From the NCBI RefSeq assembly GCF_001447785.1, contig NW_015164181.1:1070504-1134503 (forward strand): a stretch of 64,000 nt of DNA, in the 5' to 3' direction. Numbering within the stretch: the first letter of the stretch is position 1; the number at the start of each line of letters is the position of its first letter. Shown piece by piece: positions 48,418 through 60,400 of the stretch. The stretch comes from Gekko japonicus (taxonomy: Eukaryota). Both the position numbers and the translations under genes were made by a program. The notes beneath the pieces were generated by a model. It had not been told where the DNA came from, searched no databases, and saw nothing but the letters and a program-made list of their open reading frames with translations.

Positions 48418-51400
48418 CTGAATGACGACAAGCCAACAAGAAAGGGGAGTGAGTGTGAGCCTTCATGCGCCCAACCAGATTCTGGGTTTTCGGAACTACA
48501 TTCACAAGCCCTGGGAATGGGCTATGGCTTTCAGAGAAACCTAGATAACCCACAGGATGTTTTTACCCAAGGCCCCAGGGCTGCCATCTTACATCTCAAG
48601 TGATGCTTCAAGCAGGATGTTTTTAACCCTTTGAGATGCTAGTGGAGGAACCTGCAGAGCTTCTGCCTGCCCTGCTTCTCCGAACCCCACCTTCCCCAAG
48701 CTCTTAAAGGCCACTTGGGGACATCGAATGGACCATAATTTCAAAGCGGACCAAAGCGGACCTCCAGACTGTGCCTGTTGTGAAGGCAAAAGGCAAACCA
48801 GGGGAATTGACTGGTGGCGAGAGCAAGAGGCCGGATGCAGAGGAGAGAACCGTGTGTTGGGCGGTGGCCGGCAGAGTCCTGCAAGTGGGGAAAGGGAAGC
48901 CATGCACAAAGCAGTGATTTGGCCTAGAGCTGGCACACAGGTCAACTATTATCGACTGCCACTCGTTATCAGACCACAGCCAAATATTCCCAAACATTGC
49001 CTGGAGCCAAAAGTTCCACGAAGTGTGGTGGCAGCTTCCACCTTCTGATTTCACTCTGGTGTCTGCTTCCTTAGCACCAGGGCTGCTTCCACCCTAGCCT
49101 TGCAGCAGTCAAGGGCAGGGGTAACAGCAGAGCAAAGCCGCTCCCGTCAGTCCATTACCATGACATGCTGTGATTCTCCGTGGGTCAAGAGCCCTGCCTC
49201 GGACGTCGTGCGGCCCACTCTGCTAAAGCCAATCTTGGTAAGTCCCCTGACATGGTCCCTTACCTGAAGGGTTTGAGAGAGCTTTACAAAGTCTCTCTGC
49301 ACTTGTTCGCTGACATCCAGCTCTGTCTGCAGCCGCTGAGCTTTGCTCTTATCTTCAAACATCAGCTGCTCCAGGTTAGCCTAGATTTTTAAAGAAGTCT
49401 TTATCAGGCATTGAATAGGGCTTCCGAGTGCACCGCAACATGGTTTTTGATGGTCAAAGCACATTGGGATGTCAGTAACTGACTACACAGGCATAAATAA
49501 TTCAGTTCTCTCATACATTTATATACCTTGGTGTGACTTCTAGATCATACCACAAGCCTTGCCGTCACCCATTTCCCCAGTTCCACAACACTAGTTTGTG
49601 TATCTCCCTACAGACGGTGGCCATAAAGCTGCATATTAGCAACACAGCCTAGAACAGATGACCAAAAGTTCATTCTAGACCCGCATGTTGTTTTCAACAG
49701 TAGTTAGAGTGATGCTTCGTGAGACTCCATAAAAAGGGCATGAAAACAGTAACTTAACCCTTATTTGCAAACCCTCCCAGAAACTGGTATTCAGAGGTAT
49801 ACTGTCCCTGAATGTGGAGATTTTTCAAAAGCATCTGAGCCAGGGAGCATCACCAGATCTCATGGAAACGGATTTCATAAATGATAAGTGCTATGAAAAA
49901 GTGTGGATGAATCTACTAGGTATCGTTTTTACCGGGGTTGCCCTGTTCTAGTGGGGGGACCTCTATCCAGACTTTCTGCACCATTCATACCCCCCCNNNN
50001 NNNNNNNNNNNNNNNNNNNNNNNNNNNNNNNNNNNNNNNNNNNNNNNNNNNNNNNNNNNNNNNNNNNNNNNNNNNNNNNNNNNNNNNNNNNNNNNNNNNN
50101 NNNNNAGCGGGCCCCCCCCCCCCCGCCCCAAAACAGTAGAGTGGCACCTTTAAGACCAAGTTTTATTCAGGTACAAGCTCTCCCTCCTCTGCGAGGACAG
50201 ATCTGCATGTTCACCCCCCCCCCCCAATAGCTAGCAATCCAACACAGTCCAGTGGCGCCTGAGCAGTGGGTGTTGCCTTCTGACACACTTCTGGTGATGC
50301 CAGGGGGTGTGACATATGCAAATAAGTTATGCTAATGAATTATGCTAATGAGCTCCTGCACCTCTTTTTCTACAAAATGACCCCCTGCTTTGTATTAAGA
50401 GAAAAAATGGAGAAAGCAGTGTTTGGAAAATCCTAAGCCAAGAATTGAAGTAACATGAGAACACATAGGGTAATGTCCTCTGCCCAAAGAAAGTAGATCT
50501 TTTGGATTTGGTAATACTTGGATCTATTGTTCAGCTTGCATAATAAATTATAACACAGCCCGAGTTTGTTCTCTCTCTCTTTCTGCCTTCTTAAACTCTT
50601 TAGCCTTTCCTCACAGGGAAGGGGCTCCAACCCCTTGATCATTCTGGCTGCCTCTTTTCCACCTGAACAAAATCCTTTGAGATGGGAAAACAACCAGAAC
50701 TCTAAATACTGTTCCAAGTGCAGCCTCACCATAAAGGTACTGTCGGAGCAGCTGTTTTATTTTCAGTTCCCTTCATTCCAGCATGAACCCTGCCCTCTTG
50801 AACTACCTCAGCATATTAAGTTGACATTTCCATTGAGATATAACCTCCAGGTCTCTTTTCTCAGGGAACCAGAGCCACTGCAGACCAATGTTCCCTCTAA
50901 GCTGTGGAGTCTTGTGAGCAAAAAGTCTACTTTGTGAGCTACTGGCATTGAAGTTGTGAGCCAGTGATTTGGCTGCTGCATAAATTAGCTTGCTCTGAAG
51001 CCATCCTTCCTGAGCAAAGACAAAAATGTGTGAGCCGGAGGCTAAAAAACTGTGAGCTAGCTCACACTAACTCAGCTTAGAGGGAACACTGCTGCAGACC
51101 TCTCATCAGGGCATACGTAAAGTTAGGATTTTTTTACTTCAACTTGCACCGCTTTGGTGAATATACCTTGCCATCTGGAATGCATTAGACTTTGCCATCC
51201 TGAATAATTTGGCATCGTGAACAGCTTACCTTTGCCGCTATTTCCTTCTTCAACTGCTCTTCGAGTTGATTTCTCCTTTCTTGCAAGCTTTCCAGTTGCT
51301 GCGTCTTTTCCTGCAAGGTGGACTCCAACTGTGAAAGCCAGAAGCAAGGGGTTTGAATGGGGCTCAAAAGCTGCACAGCTAACTCTGTGCCACCCCACCC

Positions 51401-54400
51401 TTCTTTTTGCTTTCCTAAAAACTAGAAGGAAAGGCTTTCTAAAAAAATAAATAAAAACCCTGGCCTCGGCAGCAGACCTGGTCGCACATCCTACACGCCC
51501 TAGTCACTTCCAGGTTAGACTACTGACACACACTCTGGGTATGGGCTGCCTTGAAGGACTGTCTGGAAACTTCAGCTCATGCAAAACAACATGGTTAGAA
51601 TCTTAACTGGAACCTATTGCAGTGAAGGCCCGGACCTTGATGACCTGGGCTAGTCTGATCTTGTCAGACCTTGGGAGCTAAGCGGGGTCGGCCCTGGTTA
51701 GTTCTGGGATGGGAGGCCACCAAGGAAGCCCAGGCTTGCTGCACAGATGTAGGCAGTGGCAACCCACCTTGGTGCCTCTCTCCACCTTGAAAACTCTGCG
51801 GGGTCGCCAGAAGTCAACTGCGACTTCACAACACTTTACACAAAAATTGCCGTGAAAGTCCTGTGCTTTATCGGTTGCCCTGGCTTCTAATTTGCCTCCA
51901 GGTCCAATCCAGCCTTTATAACCTTCAACAGTTTGAGCTACAAACACCTGAAAGACAATCTCCCCCCCCCAAAAAAATGTAAACTGACTGGGACCTAACA
52001 ACATAAGAAGAGCCCTGCTGGATCAGACCCAACGGTCCATCTAGTCCAGCATCCTGTCTCACACAGAGGCCAATCAGTTCCTCTGGATGGCAACAACAGG
52101 GTATAGTGGCCAGGGCCTTCCCCCGGTGTTGCCTCCTGGCTCTGGGATTCAGAGGTTTGGTGCCTCTGAACATGTAGAACCTGAGGCTTCTTAGCAGGTC
52201 TCTACTGCAAAAGTCTGCACGGTTCACTGTGAGGCTGGCCAGGATCCGTGGGAGAGGCTTCTCCGTTACCACCCCACCCCCTCCCGCTCTCTCTCTCTCT
52301 GCAAGTACTGCACCTCCCGGCCTTCCACTGCAGCCTTTGGGATTATTTAGCCATTTTACTGTATTGCCCTGAGAATGTCAGACTTCCTGACCCCTCCACA
52401 CCTGTCATGGGTACCGCAGTATCTACTACTCTGTATAGTTTTACAGCGTTTATACTGATGGCATTGTTTATCATTGTTACGTCTGATGAAGGCTTTTATT
52501 TGACACTGTCCGCTCTCACTGTAAGCTGCCTTTATAGTTCCTCGGGAACAGAAAGGTGAGATATGATTTTCTAAATAGATATAAATATGCTTTACCAGAA
52601 AAGCATAGGGGCAGAACAAGTACCGTTTCCCAGTATCATACTCCTCTTGTCCCTCTAAGCATTAGTCATATACAAAATTGTGCTTACGAAAGAGTCCTCA
52701 CTGTGTCAAAAAAAAAAACAGGCACAGAGCCTACTGAGGAAATTCCGCTGTATTCTGCAGTTCTCAGTGGGTGTGACTTGGAGAGTTCTTTGCCAGAGGG
52801 CCACTAGAAGCCACAGCAAGAGGGGATTTCCCTTTTAACCTCTGCTCCTCAGGTTTTCCTCTTACTCCCTTGACTGTGGGATACTCAGCGGCTGGGGGCC
52901 TCTCTGCGTGATGTGCTGTTCCCGGGAATGCCTAAAGGTCCTGGTGGACCCAAACACATTGCGTGGGAAGCAGCCCTAAAAGCATCCAAATCCAATCCTT
53001 ACCTGTTCCTTTTCTGCTTTTATCCTCTCCAGTTCTGCTTTTAGACTGGAAGCAGCAGCTGCAAGAGAGGAGGAGGAAGACATCTAGAGTATTATGGGGT
53101 TTGGATTTTAAAACGACTTTCTCAGTTAACAGGCCTCGTGCGGTTTGCATGAGCCGTACGCAGACAGATTATGCAGCACAAGATGTTATTCACTCAGATG
53201 TAAATCCTTCGAGATCTCGGGCACTCTTGAGAAAGAGAACCCCACGACGGCTTTGTGCCATCTAGCGGTGCCATCCTGAGCACTGAAGTCAATGGACTCC
53301 TCAGAACAGCACTGTCACATTCCCTTATCTGCAAAATGGTTATCAGGGGCTGAGTGAAAGCTGCTCGCCCAAGATCATTCACAGCAAGTTTCCCGGATTT
53401 CCCCACTTTGGACTCAATACGCTGCTCACAGGGCAAGCTCTCAGTCACAGACGTAGGACTTTGCACACTGAGGATGCTCCACACGTTGGACAAAAGGCAG
53501 AACCTGCCCAATCTTTCTATCAACCACACATTTTTGTGCCCATTAGAGCAAAGATGTGAGTCAGGGAATAGACCGGCTCCTCCCTCTTACTAAAGTATAA
53601 TCTCATGGTGCTGTGAAAAGATGAGGATCCACCTTTTATTCTAAAACGTGAATTAGACCTGTAAAGAGAACTGACATAGTGTTGTGCTTGTTGGAGTCTC
53701 TCCACATTGATTGTCTGGAAGGCTGACACACATTCCGATTGGTTAATTTTGTACGTTTTCAGCTTTGGTGAGGGAAGTCTGGCTGGAATGAAAACCTGAC
53801 GTGGGCTCTGGGAACAGAAGGAGCTTTGTGGAGTAGGCTGCACACTGGGAAGAGATCCCAGGAAGCCAAGAGATGGGGAGCTTCACCTAAAAGGCGAGCG
53901 AAGGTCAGTTGTGGTGAACTGAGAAAGAGGAAACCTGAGAAATGGAGTAGTGGAAGCAGCAGCAGAAGAGTTGGGGAAATGAAGCAAGAGGGGCTTGAAG
54001 GCCTTAGAGAATTGTAAGCTGCAAGCCTAAAAGAGTCAAGCAGCAGCAGCAGCAGCAAGGGGTACTGGGGAGGGGGGGGAAGCAGAGGAAAGAGGAGGAG
54101 GCAGGAACTGAATCTGAGATATCATTTTACACCTGCGCAGCCAGTTCTTCAGTTACAGACTTCTAGTATCTTGAAAACATACGGGATGTTTCAAACAGGT
54201 TGGATTCAAACTGAACTGGCAATTTCCACCAGTTCCCACCGCAGACGCCCGCTCATGTCGCCCCCAGGAGCAGTGCTTTGTGGAGGTCAGTGAGCTGCAG
54301 GGGAAGGGAGGCAAGTTCTGCTCCACTGATGGAAAATTTAGGCAGGATCCAACCCAGTGTTTCCAGAAAGCATATCAACATTTTGTCAGAATGCTTCTTG

Positions 54401-57400
54401 AAATCTGGCAAAGCTAACAAGGCTGCTGTAAGAGTTACCAAGGTGAAAAAGAGGACTGTATACATTCAGTGTGGTGGTGTGGTTAAGAGAGTGTTGGATT
54501 AGTACCTGGGAGACCCAGGTTCAGATCCGCACTTGTGCCGTGGAAGCCCGTTGGGTGACCTTGGGCCAGTCACACCCTCTCGGCCTAACCTACTTCACAA
54601 GATTATTGTGGGGATAAAATGGAGGACAGGAGGAGGAGGTAAGCCACCGTGGGTCCCCACTGGGGAGAAAGATGGGGTACGAATTAAATAAATAAAAATA
54701 AAATAATCCATGTAGGATGACGGTAGTGACTGCAAGCAATCAGGATGTGTACGTTATGGAACAGGGGTCATTCGGGGGGGAGGTATTTGTGAATCTCCTG
54801 CATTGTGCAGGGGGTTGGACTAGATGACCCTGGTGGTCCCTTCCAACTCTATGATTCTATGATCTGCTGACCTTAGGACAAGGCTCTTGGCCAGCACTAC
54901 ATGAGCTGGTCCTTCTCCAGGCCCCAGACTTGTCCCTTCTCACCTATTTCCTCTTTGCAGTTCTCTATTTCTAGCTGCAGCGTTTCTTCTATGTTCTCTT
55001 TAAAACACTGCTCGGCTTGAATCTGTTCTTTCAGGAATAAGATTTCCGCCTTCAGTTTTTCTTCGAGGTGTTCTGCGGCTGTCCGTACGCTAATGATATC
55101 TTCACGGTATTTGAGGACCAGTTCACGGAGTTCCTGGAAGGAAGAATGACAATGGGGTTTAAAATAAGCCGCACATCCACACACGCCTAGTTTGAAGTCG
55201 TACTGCTGGGCCACCCATCTCAATACTGTCTGTTAAGGACTGGCAGCACCTTTTCAGAGTCTCAAGCAGAGAGGAGTCTTTCCCAATATCTAGAACTGGA
55301 GGTGCATTGGGCTGAACCCCAGACCTTCCCTTGCTCGAAAGCCAGTCGAATCAGAGCAGGTAGAGAAAGAGGTACTTTTCTCCCTTTCTCACAATAGAAG
55401 ATCTCGTGGGCACTCCATGAAATTGCTGAGTGGTCGGGTTAGAACGGATAAAAGGAAGTACTTCTTCACCCAAAGAGTGATTAACACATGGAATTCACTG
55501 CCACCGGAAGTTGTGGCGGCTACAAGCATGGACGGCTTCAAAAGGGAATTAGATAAGCATATGGAGCAGAGGTCCATCAGTGGCTATTAGCCACAAGGTA
55601 TAGCTAGGGGCTCTGGGGCAAGTGATGCTCTGTCATCTTGGTGCTTGGGGGGGTCAACAGTGGGAGGGCTTCTAATGTCCTGGCCCCACTGGTGGACCTC
55701 CTGATGGCACTGGTATTTCTGGCCACTGTGTGACACAGAGTGTTGGACGGGATGGGCCTTTGGCCTGATCCAACATTGGTGTCTCTTATGTTCTTATGAA
55801 TCCAACTCTATGGATGTGGTGCTCATCTCCGTTTCCAAGCCAAAGAGCCAGTGCTGTCCAAAGACATGTCTGTGCCTGGCATGACTAGATGCCGAGGCGC
55901 ACAGAAAGCTGTTACCTTCCCACCGAAGCGGTACCTATTTATCTACTTGCAATTTCTTGCTTTCGAACTGCTAGGGTGGCAGGAGCTGGGGCCAGAGACG
56001 GGTGCTCACTCCGCCATGTGGCACTCGGGTCTTGAATTGCTCAACTACCGACCTTCCAGTCTGCAGCTCAGCGTCTTAACCTCTTGAGTCACTGCAGCCC
56101 TCTTATTGCATCTACACCCCCCCTAAAAGGGGGGGGGGGGAGACCGTTAAACTACGCTGCTTAAATGTCCCAGAGCTGAAGAACTCAGTGCGATCTGAAG
56201 ATGTGGAGAAAATAAGAGAAACACGAAGTCCAATACAAATTGAGGGGGTCATGGCAATTTCCAGCACCATTTTCCAACTCAGAATTGCCCCTACCCAGCT
56301 GTTTTAAAAGATGATAGTGAAAGGGCAGGGGGAGATAGGCTTAATGCACAATAATGCCAGTCTTTTTTTCTCCTCGCTGTTTTTTGCTATCAAGTCACAG
56401 CTGACTTAGGGCGGCCCCCTCGTGGGGTTTCCAAGGCAAGAGACATTCAGAGGTGGTTTGCCACTGTCTGCATCCACGTCACGACCCTGGACTTCCTTGG
56501 TGGTCTCCCATCCAACTCCTATACAGGGCTGACCCTGCTTAGCTTCCAAGATCTGACAAGATCGGGATATCTAGGTCAGGATCAATGTTCCCTCTAAGCT
56601 GAGTTAGTGTGAGCTAGCTCACAGTTTTTTAGCCTGCAGCTCACAGATTTTTGTCTTAGCTCAGGAAGGATGGCTCCAGAGCAAACTAATTTATGCAACA
56701 GCCAAATCGCTTGCTCAGAATTTTGATGCCAGTAGCTCGCAAAGTAGAAATTTTGCTCACAAGACTTCGCAGCTTAGAGGGAAGATTGGTCAGGATCTTT
56801 TTTTCTCCTACCAAAACCTAGAACATCTGGGGCAGTTTTGATGGAAGGGGGAAATGGCACGAGGGAAGCACATACCTCCTTCATTGGAGCCACGGCCTCA
56901 GTGTGCATCAAGCCCTCTCGTTGCTACTAGAACTAAACTGCACACCAGGGGAGGGAAACACAGATTCTCCATTTATCTTTGTATTTTGTTTTAGCTATTT
57001 AAAACGCACTTGCTAAAAGAGTCACCTGAGGGCACTTCATAATAAAATACAATACATACAATGAGAGGTTATTAACAATAAAAAGGAATTGCCAAAATAT
57101 GTTGTTGTTCAGTCGCAGTCAAGTCCAACTCTTTGCGACCCCGTGGACCACATCACGCCAGGCCCTCCCTTCCTCTGCTATCCTCTGGAGTTTGTTTAAT
57201 TCATGCTCATTCCATCCAAAACGCTGTCTAACCATCTCATCCTTTGCTGTCCCCTTCCTCTTTGACCTTCAGTCTTACCCAGCATCAGGGTCTCCTCCAG
57301 TGAGCGCTCCCTTCTCATTGGGTGGCCAAAGTGTGAGCTTCAGCTTCAGTATCTGGCCTTCTAGGGAATAGTCAGGTTTGATTTCTTTTAGGATTGACTG

Positions 57401-60400
57401 ATTTGATCTTCTTGCAGTCCAAAAGGGACTCTCAAGAGTCTTCCTCCAGCACCATAGTTCAAAAGAATCTATTCTTCGGCGCTCAGCCTTCCTTATGATC
57501 CAACTCTTGCAACCATACATTACTACTGGGAATACCATCTATTTGACTATGTGGACTTTTGTTGGCAGGGTGATGTCTCTACTTTTTATTACGCTGACTA
57601 GGTTTGCCATCGCTTTCCTCCCAAGGAGCAGGCGTCTTTTAATTTCATGGCTGCAGTCACCATCTGCAGTGATCTTGGATCCCAGGAACGTGAATTCTGT
57701 CACTGCTTCCATGACTTCCCCTTCTATTTGCCAAGGAGTGATGGGGCCTGTCATGATCTGGGCTGTGCCACCAGAGGACTACTAGGCCCAAGGAGCCTGG
57801 CTAGCAGTAGGTGAGGCTGGGCCTATAACTCCCAGAAGCCCCTGGAAGGTTTTGGAGCCAAAATGGACCAACAGGAAAAGAGGAGGGCTGGGAATAAAAG
57901 TTCTGGAGCAGCGGGAAGAGCTGTTCTTTCTTCCAGAGGGCAGAGCCAGGAGAAAGGCTGCTGCAGGGGAAAAACCCTCATTCTGGGGGAAGGGTGAGTA
58001 GTGTAAGGCCACTTGAGATAGTGAGCTAGGGAAAGTAAATTTAGACGCGTTAGGGCATTTGATTTCTTTTCTTTTCACCCACTTACTGTGTTTATTCTGC
58101 ACCTTATTGTTTGACCTCATATAAAATAAACCTTTTCCTTGTTTTACTCTGCCTGGTCCTCACGCCTGTTATTCGGCCTAAAGGGAGGTCTGAAGGTCTT
58201 GGGAGGGTACACTGGGCCTTCTCAAGGGAACCTAAATCCAGAGTGGTGGCAGCGTCAGGTGACACCCCACCTGACTTGTGACAGGGCCGGATGCCATGAT
58301 CTTAATTTTTTTGATGCTGAATTTCAAGCCAACTTTTGCACTCTCCTCTTTCATCTCTAGCAAGAGGCTCTTTAGGTCCTTTTCACTTTCTGCCATTAGA
58401 GTGGTATCATCTACATATCTGAGGTTGTTGATGTTTTCCCCGGCAATCTTAACTCTGGCTTGTGATTCATCCAGACCGGCATTCTGCATGATGTACTCTG
58501 CATATAAATTAAATAAGCAGGGTGACGATATACACCCTTGTTGTACTCCTTTTCCTATGCTAAACCAATCAGCTGTTCCATATCCGGTTCTAACTGTCAC
58601 TTCTTGACCCTTATACAGGTTTCTCAGGAGACATGTGAGGTGGTCTGGTACTCCCATCTCTTTAAGGACTGGCCATCGTTTGTTGTGATCCACACAATCA
58701 AAGGCTTTAGAGTAGTCAATGAAGCCAAAATACAGAGGCCATTAAAAGCAGTCATGATCTGCATAACGGTTTATAAACACAACAGACTAAAACATCAAGC
58801 AGTACAAAAAGCTGCCTTATGCTGAATCAGACCCTTGGTCATTCAAGGCCAGTATTGTCTACTCTGACTGACAGAAGCTCTGCAGGGTCCCAGGAGAGGT
58901 CTTTTACTTCACCTCCTACCTGGTTCTTTTGACTAGAGATGCTGGGGACTCAGCCCAGGACATGCTGTATGGAAAGCTGAGGCTCTTCCACTGAGCCACC
59001 CCCCCCCCGGCCCCCCCCCCCCCCCCAATAATTACTGGCATTAAAACAGCAGTTACTGTTATCATGGAGAAGAGCCAAATGACACAGATAATACTGTAGG
59101 GGGGGTAGGATTGAAAGCCACAATTAAAATGCCTGGGTGGAAACCCCCTTTTTGGGACAGCATTAAAACTTAGCTTGGGACCAGGAACAGAGCTGAGGGC
59201 AGGCTGTTCTGACCCCTGCATGCGACAGAGAAGGTCGAGAAAGAAGTACTTTTCGCCCTTTCTCACAATATAAGAACTCCTGGGCACTCTATGAAATTAA
59301 CAAGCAGCAGGCTTAGAACAGATAAAAGGCATTACTTCTTCGCTCAAAGAGTAATTAACATGTGGGATTCACTGCCGCAGGAAGTAGCGGCAGCTACAAG
59401 CATAGACAGCTTCAAGAGGAGACTGGATAAACATATGAAGCAGAGGTCCATCAGTGGCTACTAACCAAAAGGTATAGATGGAACATTGTGTCTGGGGCGG
59501 TGATGCCCTGTATTCTTGGTGCCTGGGGGCAACAGTGGGAGGGCTTCTGGAGTTCTGACCCCACTGGTGGACCTCCTGATGGCACCTGGGTTTTAGCCAC
59601 TTTGTGACACAGAATGTTGGACTGGATGGGCCACTGGCCTGCTCCAACTTGGCTTCTCTTATGTTCTTATGTTTCTCCATCCATCTGGGATGTGCAGCAG
59701 CAAGATGAGAGGCCTTTTCAGTGCCTCCATCAATACTTTGCAATCACTGGCTGCAGGTGTTCTGGAAGAGCCCTTTGAGGATCTTATTTCCTAGGCCTGA
59801 AACAGGTTCCTGTTGCTGCAAGCTGTTGGCTAGTTATTGGTAACAAGTGGGGAACCAGTTTTGGCATGCTTTAACTTTGTATTTTGTAGCAGGCACTGGC
59901 TTGCTTTTAAGTGATTTTGTATGCCGCCTTGGATAAAGTGAAAGGTGGCATATGCATTTTGAATGAAACCTGAATACTGTCCAGTGACTTAAGAGCCATT
60001 TTTCTTCAAGCCTCAGTTTTCAACAAGAAGTTAGCAGCTAGATAAATAATTAGGGGCACTGCAACAATATGGCTTGTCCTGGTGTCTATACTTCTCAAAG
60101 AGTATTATAAAGAACAGACTCTCATAAATCTCCGTAACTGACTAGTTGTGTTGAATTACTAAGGGGGAGGAACAAGCATGAGACTGTTGAGTGATTAGAC
60201 TCCAAGGAGGCATGTCTGAAACAAAAATGTGAAATTAAACATTTTTTTCCTTCCCACCAAGTACTTACCCCTAGTCCCTTAGGGAGCGAATGACTCCCAA
60301 CATGGAAAACATATAAATCAGACTTTTTGCAGTATCAGAATAGAGCTTAAATACAACGACTGAGATCAAGCATACATGTATCACAGAGTTCACACAACTC

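Noticed and set aside
51645-51730. 5S rRNA-like sequence (also about 56490-56570)
   Set aside because: Partial, diverged and fused to a LINE-like tail, so a SINE head rather than a 5S gene.
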